DNA of 59,038 nucleotides from a virus. Taxonomy: Duplodnaviria > Heunggongvirae > Uroviricota > Caudoviricetes. The stretch lies in the IMG/VR virus record IMGVR_UViG_3300021256_000061, one strand, 5' to 3'. Shown here in pieces: positions 18,502-28,415 of the stretch. How positions within the stretch are numbered: the stretch's first letter is position 1; the number at the start of each line of letters is the position of its first letter. Made by a program: the position numbers and the translations under genes. The notes under the pieces are model-generated. The model saw only the letters and a list, made by a program, of their open reading frames with translations. It was not told the DNA's origin and did not search any database.

Positions 18502-19722
18502 ATGAATAAAGAAATAGAAATCCCAGAGGGCTACGAAGCCAGAATTGAGAGCAACAAAGTTGTCCTTATACCGAAAGAGTGCGAGGATGAGAAGATAAGG
18601 AAAGAGTTAATTTCTCATTTCGGGTATCTTCAAAAAGCTGCAATAAAGAAAGAGGTACCTGAAAAATGGTATGGTATATCTTATGATGATATAATAGCTT
18701 GGCTCGAAAAGCAGAAAGAGCAGAAATCTTTGAACATTAGTGCCGCATCGGAATGGCTGAGGAAGCATGTTCGTCTCTATATGAATTCGGAATATAACGA
18801 GTTCCACAAATGCGTAGAATACGACGGTGGTTTTGACGAAGAAAGGCTCATCAATGATTTTGAAGAGGCAATGCAGAAAGAGCAGCAGCCAGCAGAGAAG
18901 CAAGGCATTGTTGCTCGATTAAGGGAACATCTTGCCAATACTCCGAAGGAGCAACTTAAAGCAGAGTGGAAAAAATTGGAGAAATGGAATCATGTTGGCC
19001 CTACCGTAGAAGAGTATCTTCGTGGTATCAAGCCCGCAGAGTGGAGCAAAGAAGATGACGCAGCACATACACGAATTCTTGGCGCGGTTGCAAAGGCATT
19101 TATGGGTGTATTGCCGACAAAGCCATCGGAAGAAGACATCCATTGGTTCAAATACCTTCCTGAAAGATTCAATCTTCAGCCAAAGCAAGAATGGAACGAG
19201 GATATTATCCGAAAAGCCGTTAAAGAGGTTGGGCTAACTCAGCATCAAATAGATTGGCTCAAAACTAATGTGTTCCCACCCAAGCAAGAGTGGAGCGAGG
19301 AAGACGAACTTATGCGGAAGCGGTGTATTGCTGATTTGGGCTATCTCACAGAATATGAACCGCAATACAAAGAAAGGTATGATACACAAATTGACTGGCT
19401 CAAATGCCTTTGTCTTAACCTCAAAAAGAGGAATGAGGATATAACAAAACTCTGTTCTAATGAGTGGAGTGAGGAAGATGAAAGAAATCTTCAATTATTG
19501 AGTGCAATGTGTGATGATGTAAAGGGAAATTCGGCGACATATTCAACGATGTATCGTGAAATGGAAGAGTTAAAAACTTGGCTCAAATCCCTCAAAAATA
19601 GAGGGAATTCCCCGAAAAGTAACACTAATTCCCCTTCATGGGAACCCAGTAAACCAGTTGTTCACGAAAATGATTTCGATAGCGTGGAGGGTACAGCAGC
19701 TGACCTTGATTACTGGTCTTGA
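18502..19722 (+). CDS. family C modular protein
   Basis: MNKEIEIPEGYEARIE head; several EWSEEDE/WLK repeats. Confidence 0.85.
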   Translation: MNKEIEIPEGYEARIESNKVVLIPKECEDEKIRKELISHFGYLQKAAIKKEVPEKWYGISYDDIIAWLEKQKEQKSLNISAASEWLRKHVRLYMNSEYNEFHKCVEYDGGFDEERLINDFEEAMQKEQQPAEKQGIVARLREHLANTPKEQLKAEWKKLEKWNHVGPTVEEYLRGIKPAEWSKEDDAAHTRILGAVAKAFMGVLPTKPSEEDIHWFKYLPERFNLQPKQEWNEDIIRKAVKEVGLTQHQIDWLKTNVFPPKQEWSEEDELMRKRCIADLGYLTEYEPQYKERYDTQIDWLKCLCLNLKKRNEDITKLCSNEWSEEDERNLQLLSAMCDDVKGNSATYSTMYREMEELKTWLKSLKNRGNSPKSNTNSPSWEPSKPVVHENDFDSVEGTAADLDYWS

Positions 19723-19849
19723 TTACGCAGAATCGCTTTACAACGACCTTGGCAATTTGCTGCAGTAACTCATATATGGGTGAGAGCTTTAAATTCATTG
19801 AATATGACAAAACAGAGATATCACAAGAAATCATAAAAGAGAATTAGAT

Positions 19850-20791
19850 ATGGATAAGAAAATCACAATTCAAATTAAGTGCAGATTTACAGGTAGTATT
19901 CTTTTTGAATACACTAAAGAGAACAACACAATTAAAGATACATTATTGGAGGGAGTAAAGCAAGGTGCCGACCTCCATGGCGCCGACATCCGTGGTGTTG
20001 ACCTCTCTGATGCTGACCTCTCTGATGCTAAACTCTATGGTGTTGACCTCTCTGGTGCTAATCTCCGTAGTGCTATCCTCTCTGGTGCTAATCTCCGTAG
20101 TGCTATCCTCCCTGGTGCTAATCTCCGTAGTGCTATCCTCCCTGGTGCTAATCTCCGTAGTGCTATCCTCCCTGGTGCTAAACTCTATGGTGTTGACCTC
20201 TCTGGTGCTGACCTCTCTGATGCTAAACTCTATGGTGTTGACCTCTCTGGTGCTAATCTCCGTAGTGCTATCCTCTCTGGTGCTAATCTCTCTGACGCTG
20301 ACCTCCGCTGTGCCGACTTCCGTGGTGCTAAACTCTATGGTGTTGACCTCTCTGGTGCTAAACTCTATGGCGCTAAACTCTCTGACGCTGACCTCCGTGG
20401 TGCTAATCTCCGTAGTGCTATCCTCCCTGGTGCTGACCTCCGTGGTGCTAAAAATATTCCATACTTTCCCCTCGCTTGTCCCACCGACGGGGCTTTTATA
20501 GGATGGAAGAAGGTTGGTGGCAAATGGCTTGTTAAACTCCGTATTCCCGAAGATGCCAAAAGGAGTTCGGCAACTACGAGGAAATGCCGATGCGATAAGG
20601 CGGAAGTCTTGGCAATCACCGACCTTAAAGGAAACAACCCTGTCGAGGAAACCACCAACAATAACTATGTAAAAACCACCTATAAGGTTGGGGAAATGGT
20701 GTACCCCGATAAATTTAATGATGATAGGTGGAACGAGTGTTCCCACGGAATCCATTTCTTTATTAATAAACAAGATGCGATAGATTTTTAG
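19850..20791 (+). CDS. pentapeptide-repeat protein with DUF5758-like C-terminal domain
   Basis: A[D/N]LxG pentapeptides; GAFIGWKK...KCRC...ECSHGIHFF. Confidence 0.9.
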   Translation: MDKKITIQIKCRFTGSILFEYTKENNTIKDTLLEGVKQGADLHGADIRGVDLSDADLSDAKLYGVDLSGANLRSAILSGANLRSAILPGANLRSAILPGANLRSAILPGAKLYGVDLSGADLSDAKLYGVDLSGANLRSAILSGANLSDADLRCADFRGAKLYGVDLSGAKLYGAKLSDADLRGANLRSAILPGADLRGAKNIPYFPLACPTDGAFIGWKKVGGKWLVKLRIPEDAKRSSATTRKCRCDKAEVLAITDLKGNNPVEETTNNNYVKTTYKVGEMVYPDKFNDDRWNECSHGIHFFINKQDAIDF

Positions 20792-20836
20792 AATGGCTAA
20801 ATATAATGTCTTTGTTCCAATAAAAATTAAAGCGCT

Positions 20837-21205
20837 ATGACAAAAGAAGAAGTAAAATCGCTGGTTGACCTTCGCAAAAAGTTTAATGAAGATGTTGAAA
20901 GGGTAGTGTCAAAGCTGGCACTTTATGATGAGGATTATTTGGATGTTAAAAATTGGTGGATTAGTGGAGAGACAGTTAGTGGTAAGGGTGAAGTGTATGC
21001 ACTCAATTGCCATGTTGATACCGTATATAAAGATTTCGATACCGAACTTCTTTCATACACTGATGAGGAACTCGATGCATATGTAGATGAACTCATTAGG
21101 GAGAGAACGGAGGAAGAAAAGAAAGAGAAGGCTGAACAGGAAAAGGCTGAGAAGCAAAGAGACCTACAAAAATTTAACGAACTTAAAGAAAAGCTAGGAT
21201 TATGA
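20837..21205 (+). CDS. hypothetical protein
   Basis: Co-oriented ORF, charged C-terminus. Confidence 0.7.
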   Translation: MTKEEVKSLVDLRKKFNEDVERVVSKLALYDEDYLDVKNWWISGETVSGKGEVYALNCHVDTVYKDFDTELLSYTDEELDAYVDELIRERTEEEKKEKAEQEKAEKQRDLQKFNELKEKLGL

Positions 21206-22329
21206 CGAGAGAAGAAGCAATAAATCTAGTTAAACAAGTATTACCTTGCTTGAATATTGATAAAAAAATTCGAGAAGCTTTTGAAACCCTTGTCCCCGAA
21301 CTCCACGAGAGCGAGGATGAGAGGATAAGAAAGGCAATAATCAATGTCTTTGCTACACATAAAGATTATGAGATATTTTTTGGCGTATCTGTGAAAGACA
21401 TCCTTGCTTACCTCGAAAAGCAGAAAGAATATGTGAACGATTTGTCTCCCGAACAAGAGGCATATCTAATGTCTGAAAAATTCTTCAAGGAAGCAGAAAA
21501 AGAGAAGGATGAATTTACGACTCGTCGGTTTCTTCAATGCTTAACATCTTTCGGCAACTTTATAGAGGGTATGCACTACTGGCTTGAATACATTGGCGGG
21601 GATATGTATGTCGGGAGGAGTGATAACGTGCTTGGCGAGAAATTCCACATTACTCCAAGGCAGTTGTTTACTTTTTTCAGTGATAAACTTGAGGCAGTGC
21701 AAGGTCCTTCACAGGAAGAAAAACAATTATCGCCAAGGTGTAAATCAGTGCCTATTAAAAGCCCGTCTGACGAAGAAATTATAGATGCTCTACTACATCA
21801 CTTAAGTGAGCAAGACGGCATCCTTACTGCAATTGATGGTGTCAGCACTAAGGCAATTATGGGCTATCTCGAAAAGCAGAAAGAGCAGAAGCCTTCGGAA
21901 CAAAAATATGAAGGTGACAACTTTTTTAAGGCTCCGTGTGCAATAGATTCAACAGGACTTCAATGTCCTTATAAGGACTTAGCTTTAGTTAAAGACTTCT
22001 TTGGCAATTATAATCGAAAGTGCAAATTGTCTAATAAGGCATGTGAACCTGAAAAATGTAAACAATGGAATGAACTCCAAGCTGAATTTAAAAGAATCAA
22101 TGAGGCTTTTGAAAATGGAAAAAAAAATGAAGTAATCAATCGTCCAGAAGCATTTGGATTGCAGAAACCCGCAGAATGGAGCGAGGAGTTAAACGAAGAA
22201 ACGATTACCAATGAATTTAGAATCATACGGGATAAATGTTTTAACGAAGGCATTGAAGGATGGCAAAGAGAGAAACTTATTGCCCGTCACTTTTACAATC
22301 TCGGACTTAATGCGAGAAAGGAGAAATAA
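21202..22329 (+). CDS. family C/D chimeric modular protein
   Basis: ESEDERIRK, YLEKQKE, PAEWSEE, then D-type tail IARHFYNLGLNARKEK. Confidence 0.85.
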   Translation: MTREEAINLVKQVLPCLNIDKKIREAFETLVPELHESEDERIRKAIINVFATHKDYEIFFGVSVKDILAYLEKQKEYVNDLSPEQEAYLMSEKFFKEAEKEKDEFTTRRFLQCLTSFGNFIEGMHYWLEYIGGDMYVGRSDNVLGEKFHITPRQLFTFFSDKLEAVQGPSQEEKQLSPRCKSVPIKSPSDEEIIDALLHHLSEQDGILTAIDGVSTKAIMGYLEKQKEQKPSEQKYEGDNFFKAPCAIDSTGLQCPYKDLALVKDFFGNYNRKCKLSNKACEPEKCKQWNELQAEFKRINEAFENGKKNEVINRPEAFGLQKPAEWSEELNEETITNEFRIIRDKCFNEGIEGWQREKLIARHFYNLGLNARKEK

Positions 22330-22330
22330 T

Positions 22331-22477
22331 ATGAGAACCAAAGAAAGTGTAATATACCGTTTAGAGGATGAACGGCACAACATTCTACCAGCCGACAACG
22401 ACTATCGAAAGGGCTATTTGAAAGCAATTGAATTAGCATTGTATCTCGTAAAAGACATTAAGGAGGAAAGCAAATGA
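22331..22477 (+). CDS. small hypothetical protein
   Basis: MRTKESV...KEESK; 1 nt after upstream stop. Confidence 0.65.
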   Translation: MRTKESVIYRLEDERHNILPADNDYRKGYLKAIELALYLVKDIKEESK

Positions 22478-22647
22478 AATACGAGGCTGAAGGTATCGTA
22501 ACAAATGCAGGCGGGCTTTTTGGATATGATGTAGCCGCATTTACATTTGATGAAAACCACACATACACCGTGCTCCTTCCTCACATAGAAGGTGGCAAAT
22601 GGGGTGACAAGGTTAAATTAACAATTACAAGAGGGGAAAGCAAATGA
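22474..22647 (+). CDS. small hypothetical protein (57 aa)
   Basis: MKYEAEG...TRGESK; ATGA-coupled on both sides. Confidence 0.65.
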   Translation: MKYEAEGIVTNAGGLFGYDVAAFTFDENHTYTVLLPHIEGGKWGDKVKLTITRGESK

Positions 22648-22898
22648 AATATCAGACTGAGGGTAGTGTTGAATGCACCGCAGAAGAAAACAAACTCATC
22701 GATTCACTTAAGAGACTGGCAAAACGATGGAAAAAAGAAGGCAAAGACTTGATGCTATTTTCATGGGCGGGGAGTCTCTGCGTTGTAAAGAAATCTTGCA
22801 TTGACATGGATATATTTTCTCAAGGCGTTGTCGAATACATTGATGGAATTACCAATGACGGTGGTGACCCTGACGATAAAGTGTGGCTAATTAAATAG
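22644..22898 (+). CDS. hypothetical protein
   Basis: MKYQTEG head; GITNDGGDP. Confidence 0.7.
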   Translation: MKYQTEGSVECTAEENKLIDSLKRLAKRWKKEGKDLMLFSWAGSLCVVKKSCIDMDIFSQGVVEYIDGITNDGGDPDDKVWLIK

Positions 22899-22958
22899 GA
22901 AATAATCTGCCAAGCATTTCTTTGAACTTGGTCTTAACGCAAGAAAGGAAGAATAGAT

Positions 22959-23282
22959 ATGGTACAGGAAGAAAAATACTTGCTTCAAAAAAACATTCAC
23001 AACGATACCACACTGGAAAAAGATTATCAGTTTGGCAGGATTATGCCTTATGGAAAGTATAGGGGATGGCGCATTTATTATATGATATTGAAGCATCCTC
23101 GTTACAGTATGTGGATGAGAGATAATAAAATTTTCAATTTCAACGAAACGGAAATATGGTGGCTTAATGAAATCATTGATATAGTGAGGACCGACAATCT
23201 TATTTCCGCCCTCGGTGTGGCCGTAATCAGATATGGGGCATTACCAGAAAATATAGAAAATCCACATTCATTTATAGAATAG
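22959..23282 (+). CDS. protein with MPYGKY.G (DUF3820-like) motif
   Basis: IMPYGKYRG...KHPRYSMW. Confidence 0.55.
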   Translation: MVQEEKYLLQKNIHNDTTLEKDYQFGRIMPYGKYRGWRIYYMILKHPRYSMWMRDNKIFNFNETEIWWLNEIIDIVRTDNLISALGVAVIRYGALPENIENPHSFIE

Positions 23283-23286
23283 ATAT

Positions 23287-23913
23287 ATGAAATACATTGA
23301 TGCAGAAAAACTGAAAGCAGTTATAAAAGCTCGGATTAATGAGCGGAAAAACTGGATGAAAGATGTAGATAGGTCTGACAGGCAAGACCAATTGTGGTCA
23401 GACTTGAATGGAGAGGCTATAAGTATTATTCAAATTATTAACTCTCTCCAGCAAAAGCAGCCAGAACTATATTTCTATTGTAAATATGGAGGCACTATAC
23501 CTTTATGTTCGGATTGTAAAAGAAATCATAATAATTCTTCCTTCAAAACAGAAGAAATTACTACATGGTATGCCCCTTCAAACGGCACTAAGCATTGTAT
23601 AGATTATATTCAGCAGGAACAGCCAAAGGTTGATTTAGTCGCAGAACTTAAACACCATCTGGACACAACACCGAAAGAACAACTTGAAAAAGAGTGGAAA
23701 GAATTAGAGCCTTGGGGTAATATAGGTCCCACTGTTCAGGAATTTCTTTATGGAAAGCAACCAGAGGTGGATTTGGGGAAAGAGATAGATAATTTCCTTA
23801 ATGAAACAGGCGCTCCCTATGTATGGTGCAATGACGATGAACAGAAAGAGTGGTGCAACATAATTGCCCGCCACTTCTACGAACTTGGATTAAACGCAAG
23901 AAAGGAGGAATAA
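23287..23913 (+). CDS. family D modular protein (MKYIDAEKL...QQEQP...IARHFYELG)
   Basis: Head, QEQP linkers and tail shared with 34608. Confidence 0.85.
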   Translation: MKYIDAEKLKAVIKARINERKNWMKDVDRSDRQDQLWSDLNGEAISIIQIINSLQQKQPELYFYCKYGGTIPLCSDCKRNHNNSSFKTEEITTWYAPSNGTKHCIDYIQQEQPKVDLVAELKHHLDTTPKEQLEKEWKELEPWGNIGPTVQEFLYGKQPEVDLGKEIDNFLNETGAPYVWCNDDEQKEWCNIIARHFYELGLNARKEE

Positions 23914-23915
23914 TT

Positions 23916-24143
23916 ATGGGTCGAGTTACATATTGGGTAGCGTATGAATACACGTACAAACTATTAACAGAAGATGGATGGGAAGATTGTAGCGACTTTG
24001 ATGCAGGACGTTTCCATTGTCCTAAAAAGAATATCAAGAAAGAGGTGGAAAAACGGGTAAAAGAAGAACTTGTTTTTGATACGATAAAAGACCTCGCAAT
24101 CACAATCTCGGATTCTTATCTCACAACGGAATGCGAAGTATAG
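23916..24143 (+). CDS. hypothetical protein
   Basis: Start reassigned to MGRVTYW. Confidence 0.7.
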   Translation: MGRVTYWVAYEYTYKLLTEDGWEDCSDFDAGRFHCPKKNIKKEVEKRVKEELVFDTIKDLAITISDSYLTTECEV

Positions 24144-24153
24144 AAGGAATAAT

Positions 24154-24397
24154 ATGAAAGCACCAAACAAGATTTATGTTCATGTAAGAACAGAGCCAAG
24201 ACCAAGTATCACTTTTAGTGAAGTTCTAGAGAAAAAATTCAACAAATGAAGAATACATCCGCAAGGACGTTCTGCTGGAGTGGGCGAAAGATGAAATAGA
24301 ACTTTCGAAGAAGATTGAGTGTGCATCTGAGAAATCGTATGAAGAAGGCAGACAGCAGGTGGCTCAAAATTTAATCGACAAAATCAAATCGCTATGA
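24154..24397 (+). pseudogene. frameshifted gene (MKAPNKIY...EYIRKD...DKIKSL)
   Basis: Removing one A from the A6 run at 24232-24237 joins both halves; related to 35851. Confidence 0.6.
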
Positions 24398-24678
24398 CAA
24401 GAGAAGAATTTATTAAAGAAAAAGATGTTCTGACCGAAAAAATCAGAGAAATTGAACAAGAAATTTTGAAACTTCGTGAAAAATACTTTATGGAGGTTCT
24501 TGAGCGTAATGGATATCATATTGGGCAAAGAATCACCATCGAAGGGAAGGAATATGAGATTTACAATGTTGATAGGGCTAGCGCATTTCCTTATGTATTA
24601 GGACACCCAATCAAAAAAGATGGGACACCATCAAAAAATGTGGTATGGATTACCAGACTTCATCTTAAAGAAGATTAA
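24394..24678 (+). CDS. hypothetical protein
   Basis: Ends IKKDGTPSK. Confidence 0.7.
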   Translation: MTREEFIKEKDVLTEKIREIEQEILKLREKYFMEVLERNGYHIGQRITIEGKEYEIYNVDRASAFPYVLGHPIKKDGTPSKNVVWITRLHLKED

Positions 24679-24680
24679 AT

Positions 24681-25029
24681 ATGACAGCTGAAGAAAAACA
24701 ACTATTACTCAAGGACCTTTGTGCAAGATTACCTTATGGATTCACTGTACACAGATACAGTGACAACCGTAATATTACTTTCAAAAAAAAATGAATTGGA
24801 TGAATTTTCTCATTTTCTTGAATATTCGGAAGGAAAAGAATTCAAACCTTACCTCCGTCCAATGTCAAGTATGACTAAGGAAGAATTGAAGGAATACGAA
24901 AATGCTCGTGATGATTGGTATGATGACTTAAAAACCTACGACTGGCTTCTTGCTCATCATTTTGATTATAGGGGTTTGATTGAAAAAGGCCTTGCCCTCG
25001 AAGCACCTGAAAGAATGTATAAAAACTAA
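24681..25029 (+). pseudogene. family B gene with +1 frameshift in A9 run
   Basis: MTAEEKQLLLKDLCARLPYG in one frame, KPYLRPMSSMT...LEAPE in the next; A9 at 24783-24791. Confidence 0.8.
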
Positions 25030-25039
25030 ATTCAACAAG

Positions 25040-25066
25040 TCTCACCGTATGGTGAGATTTTTTTTG
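25040..25066 (+). terminator. intrinsic terminator
   Basis: tctcacc-gtat-ggtgaga plus T-run. Confidence 0.8.
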
Positions 25067-25093
25067 TTTTTCCAATTCTTTTAATTATATTTG
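25063..25093 (+). promoter_or_regulatory. Bacteroidetes housekeeping-sigma promoter
   Basis: TTTG-N19-TATATTTG. Confidence 0.75.
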
Positions 25094-25140
25094 CAACATG
25101 AGAACAAACTAATTGAAAAAAACGTATAAAACAGAATAAC

Positions 25141-25506
25141 ATGACTATGACACCAGAAGAAAAACAGCTACTACTCAAAGACCTTTGTGCAAGGTTGCCG
25201 TATGGGATTATCGTGCATTTTCATGATATTAATGTGGCTGATTATGATAGACAGCTGATAGGAGAAGATTTAGACTTTATTGAACTTTATTTAAGGGACT
25301 GTAAAGCATATCTCCGCCCAATGTCCTCTATGACTGAGGAAGAGGAGGATGAATATCTAAAATGTGGTTTCGATGACATTGCAGAATCAGGAGAGATTGT
25401 TGTTCCTGCTCATAGGATAGATTTTCTTAATGCCCATCATTTTGACTACAGGGGACTGATTGAAAAAGGCCTTGCTCTTGTAGCGCCTGAAGGAATGTAT
25501 AAATGA
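25141..25506 (+). CDS. family B protein
   Basis: All conserved blocks. Confidence 0.9.
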   Translation: MTMTPEEKQLLLKDLCARLPYGIIVHFHDINVADYDRQLIGEDLDFIELYLRDCKAYLRPMSSMTEEEEDEYLKCGFDDIAESGEIVVPAHRIDFLNAHHFDYRGLIEKGLALVAPEGMYK

Positions 25507-25513
25507 AATAATT

Positions 25514-25774
25514 ATGGATAAAGAAAAAGCAAAAGAATTCATATTTTATGAACCTCTTGAAGAGGTGATTTACATTTCAAAGGATGTCTATAAATTGATT
25601 GAACTCAATGATGGCTCTCTTAGAAGTATTTATGCGGTTGTAGATACTGAAAATGGTGAAAAAATGTTTGAAATGGATTTTGACTATTCAGGTGAACCAA
25701 TCATTATGAGAGTGTTCTTACACAAGGAATTTTTTATGAAACATTTCTGGGACCGAAAGAGGATTGAATTATGA
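25514..25774 (+). CDS. hypothetical protein
   Basis: Co-oriented, coupled. Confidence 0.7.
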   Translation: MDKEKAKEFIFYEPLEEVIYISKDVYKLIELNDGSLRSIYAVVDTENGEKMFEMDFDYSGEPIIMRVFLHKEFFMKHFWDRKRIEL

Positions 25775-26223
25775 CGACAGAAGATTACGTTAGCTTTGAA
25801 ACGGCAAAACTCCTGAAAGAGAAGGGTTTTGACGCCGAATGTCATTCTCATTATTATCCTTGCCATTATCCAGATGGAAGTATTCAATATCACAAATACG
25901 AAAGAACGGAATATGAAAAGGATAACCCTTATTATGCTATCTATTCTTTAAAAACCTTACCTACAGACCATTATCTCGCTCCGACACTCCAGATGGCCAT
26001 GAAGTGGTTGAGAGAAAAACATAATAAGATAATTATTCCTAGTATTAGAGTGACGGACCCAATTATGGGCATAATAGACTGTTATTGCGTTGGTATATAT
26101 TATATCCCCCAAAACAATGGCGGCGCATTATGTTTCATATCACCAACACCTGAGAATGGTTATTCTTCTTATGAAGAAGCCTGCGAAGCGGCAATAAAAT
26201 ATTGTCTTGAAAATTTGATTTAG
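25771..26223 (+). CDS. family A protein
   Basis: All three blocks. Confidence 0.9.
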   Translation: MTTEDYVSFETAKLLKEKGFDAECHSHYYPCHYPDGSIQYHKYERTEYEKDNPYYAIYSLKTLPTDHYLAPTLQMAMKWLREKHNKIIIPSIRVTDPIMGIIDCYCVGIYYIPQNNGGALCFISPTPENGYSSYEEACEAAIKYCLENLI

Positions 26224-26224
26224 T

Positions 26225-26599
26225 ATGATTAGAGAAGACTACGTAAGTTTTAAAACCGCCAAACTCTTGAAAGAGAAGGGGTTTGATTTAGAGTGTGATT
26301 ATCTTTATGTAGATGGCGAAATTAGAAGGGCACAAGGATATGCGTGTAATTGGAATAGCGGAGAAACCATTCTTACCGATTATGTAAATGAATGCTCCGC
26401 TCCAACCCTTCAAACGGCAATGAAGTGGTTAAAGAAAGTTCATAATTTGCATGTTGAAGTACACTACAATACTTTTTGGGATTATTATCAATATATAATC
26501 CTTTATCGCGGTGAGAAAATAGAGAGCGATATGGCATATCATTCTTTTGAAGATGCTGCTGAAGCTGTTATCAAATTTTGTCTTAAAAAATTGATTTAA
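26225..26599 (+). CDS. family A protein
   Basis: All three blocks, tail variant KFCLKKLI. Confidence 0.9.
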   Translation: MIREDYVSFKTAKLLKEKGFDLECDYLYVDGEIRRAQGYACNWNSGETILTDYVNECSAPTLQTAMKWLKKVHNLHVEVHYNTFWDYYQYIILYRGEKIESDMAYHSFEDAAEAVIKFCLKKLI

Positions 26600-26601
26600 A
26601 T

Positions 26602-27114
26602 ATGACAAGAGAAGAAATAAAAGATTTGTTAAAATTCATTATCCGCAAGTGTGACCTTATAATAAACGACAAGAACTATACGGCTGATGACTATGTGCAG
26701 GACAAAGTCGAAGATATCGCTGAAATGTGCCATAGGGTTTTAGACGGGCAATTCGGTGAAATTGTTCCCAATCCCGACATTGCGGATGAGCTTTTTGCTA
26801 TAGTGACAAACACTAAGACAGGACAATGGTTTCGTGGGAAATTCAGCATGGTATTAAGGAATCGCACTTGTGTTAATCCGATGGTTACCATAATTCCAGA
26901 AAACATAAATGATACCGTCCCTGTTATAGGCACTCCTCGTTTATCTGATTGGGACTTCTTACCCAAAGAAGAAGTCGTGAATAGAGAACTTCATGTTGAA
27001 ATTTTCAACAAAGATAAAATAATGCAGGATGAATTTTTCTTGTACAATGTTTGGGTAGAACGTGTTAATTATGAAACGAATGAGATGGTTCTCTCTTGTG
27101 ACTGGGTGAGATAA
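26602..27114 (+). CDS. hypothetical protein
   Basis: 170 aa co-oriented ORF. Confidence 0.7.
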   Translation: MTREEIKDLLKFIIRKCDLIINDKNYTADDYVQDKVEDIAEMCHRVLDGQFGEIVPNPDIADELFAIVTNTKTGQWFRGKFSMVLRNRTCVNPMVTIIPENINDTVPVIGTPRLSDWDFLPKEEVVNRELHVEIFNKDKIMQDEFFLYNVWVERVNYETNEMVLSCDWVR

Positions 27115-27131
27115 CATAAATTAATTTAATT

Positions 27132-27509
27132 ATGATAACAGAGGATTACGTTAGCTTTGAGACAGCAAAACTCTTGAAGAAAAAGGGATTTGATGATAAT
27201 TGTGCAGCACTGTATGATTTAAGAAATGGTGAGTTTAGTCAGCGTGGAGTCGGATACGTATTTAATAATGGTCAGTGGGACAATTTTATAACAGCTCCAA
27301 CTCTCCAAATGGCAATGAAGTGGTTGAGAGAGGTACATAGACTCGAAATATATCCATATCATAACTTCGATGATTCAAAATGGTGGTATGAAATAATAAA
27401 ATATCCTAATTTTGTGGCTGAACATGAATGTGGTAAGGATGAAGAACCTGATACATATGAAGAGGCATGTGAAGCAGCTATAAAATATTGTTTAGAAAAT
27501 TTAATTTAG
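27132..27509 (+). CDS. family A protein
   Basis: All three blocks. Confidence 0.9.
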   Translation: MITEDYVSFETAKLLKKKGFDDNCAALYDLRNGEFSQRGVGYVFNNGQWDNFITAPTLQMAMKWLREVHRLEIYPYHNFDDSKWWYEIIKYPNFVAEHECGKDEEPDTYEEACEAAIKYCLENLI

Positions 27510-27511
27510 CT

Positions 27512-27895
27512 ATGGCACAGGAAGATATACAGAAAATAAAAGACAAGCTCCAGAAAGAAAGGGAGAACCGTATCCCCAAGATTATCAAGTGGCTTGAGGG
27601 GTTGAAGCCATTCACAGAGGAATTCATACCCGAACCTCCGATACTTGACAAGGAATTGTACGACAAGTATGTAATCCCTAACTTTATCCGTTGCGGGGCA
27701 ATTCCGAAGGATAAGTTAGTCATTGGAAAGACTTACATTGGAAACTGCCGAAACGCAAGCGAAGCGGTGTGGAATGGAAATTTTTTTACTTACAAGCGCA
27801 CCAAGTTTGGATACACATATGACGAGGATATAAACCATTTTCAGGACGATGACGGTTATGATGTCTTCGTTCCAATAAAAATTAAAGAAGTATGA
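27512..27895 (+). CDS. conserved phage hypothetical protein
   Basis: IPKDKL..GKTY.G.CRNA..A.W...DDDGYDVFVP; start reassigned. Confidence 0.75.
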   Translation: MAQEDIQKIKDKLQKERENRIPKIIKWLEGLKPFTEEFIPEPPILDKELYDKYVIPNFIRCGAIPKDKLVIGKTYIGNCRNASEAVWNGNFFTYKRTKFGYTYDEDINHFQDDDGYDVFVPIKIKEV

Positions 27896-28047
27896 CACAA
27901 GAAGAAATAGATACCTTCAAAATCAAAGAGAAACTCGATGCAGCAGAAAAAGAATTGCAAAATATAGAATTAACCAGCGACAAGTCTCGACGAATCAGAT
28001 GGAGAGAGCTTAAAAAAATTATAAAACATTACAAATCAATATTATGA
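27892..28047 (+). CDS. small protein with family B-like head
   Basis: MTQEEIDT...; ATGA-coupled both sides. Confidence 0.6.
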   Translation: MTQEEIDTFKIKEKLDAAEKELQNIELTSDKSRRIRWRELKKIIKHYKSIL

Positions 28048-28415
28048 CTAAAGAAGAAAAGCAATTACTGCTTAAAGAGCTTTGTGCGAGGTTGCCGTAT
28101 GGGATAAAAGGAAAACTACGTGATTCAAACTATACCGCCATTTTAAAAGATGTAAGATATAGCTGTTTTTATCCTTTATTGGTTTACCCACTAGAATGTC
28201 CGCTTACAAACGTTGAATGCTCACTGAGTGTTGATGAATTTAAGCCCTATCTTCGACCCATGTCGAGTATGACCGAGGAAGAAGTGAAAGAAGAAGACAA
28301 CACCATAATGATGTTTCTTCAAGACTTTTATAATTCTCATCATCTTGACTATCGTGGACTTATTCCTATGGGTCTTGCGCTTGAAGCGCCTAAAGGAATG
28401 TATAAAATGAAATAA
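28044..28415 (+). CDS. family B protein
   Basis: All conserved blocks. Confidence 0.9.
   Translation: MTKEEKQLLLKELCARLPYGIKGKLRDSNYTAILKDVRYSCFYPLLVYPLECPLTNVECSLSVDEFKPYLRPMSSMTEEEVKEEDNTIMMFLQDFYNSHHLDYRGLIPMGLALEAPKGMYKMK

Noticed and set aside
19943-20773. Long antisense and alternate-frame ORFs over the pentapeptide gene
   Set aside because: Shadows of the stop-free 15-nt repeat.
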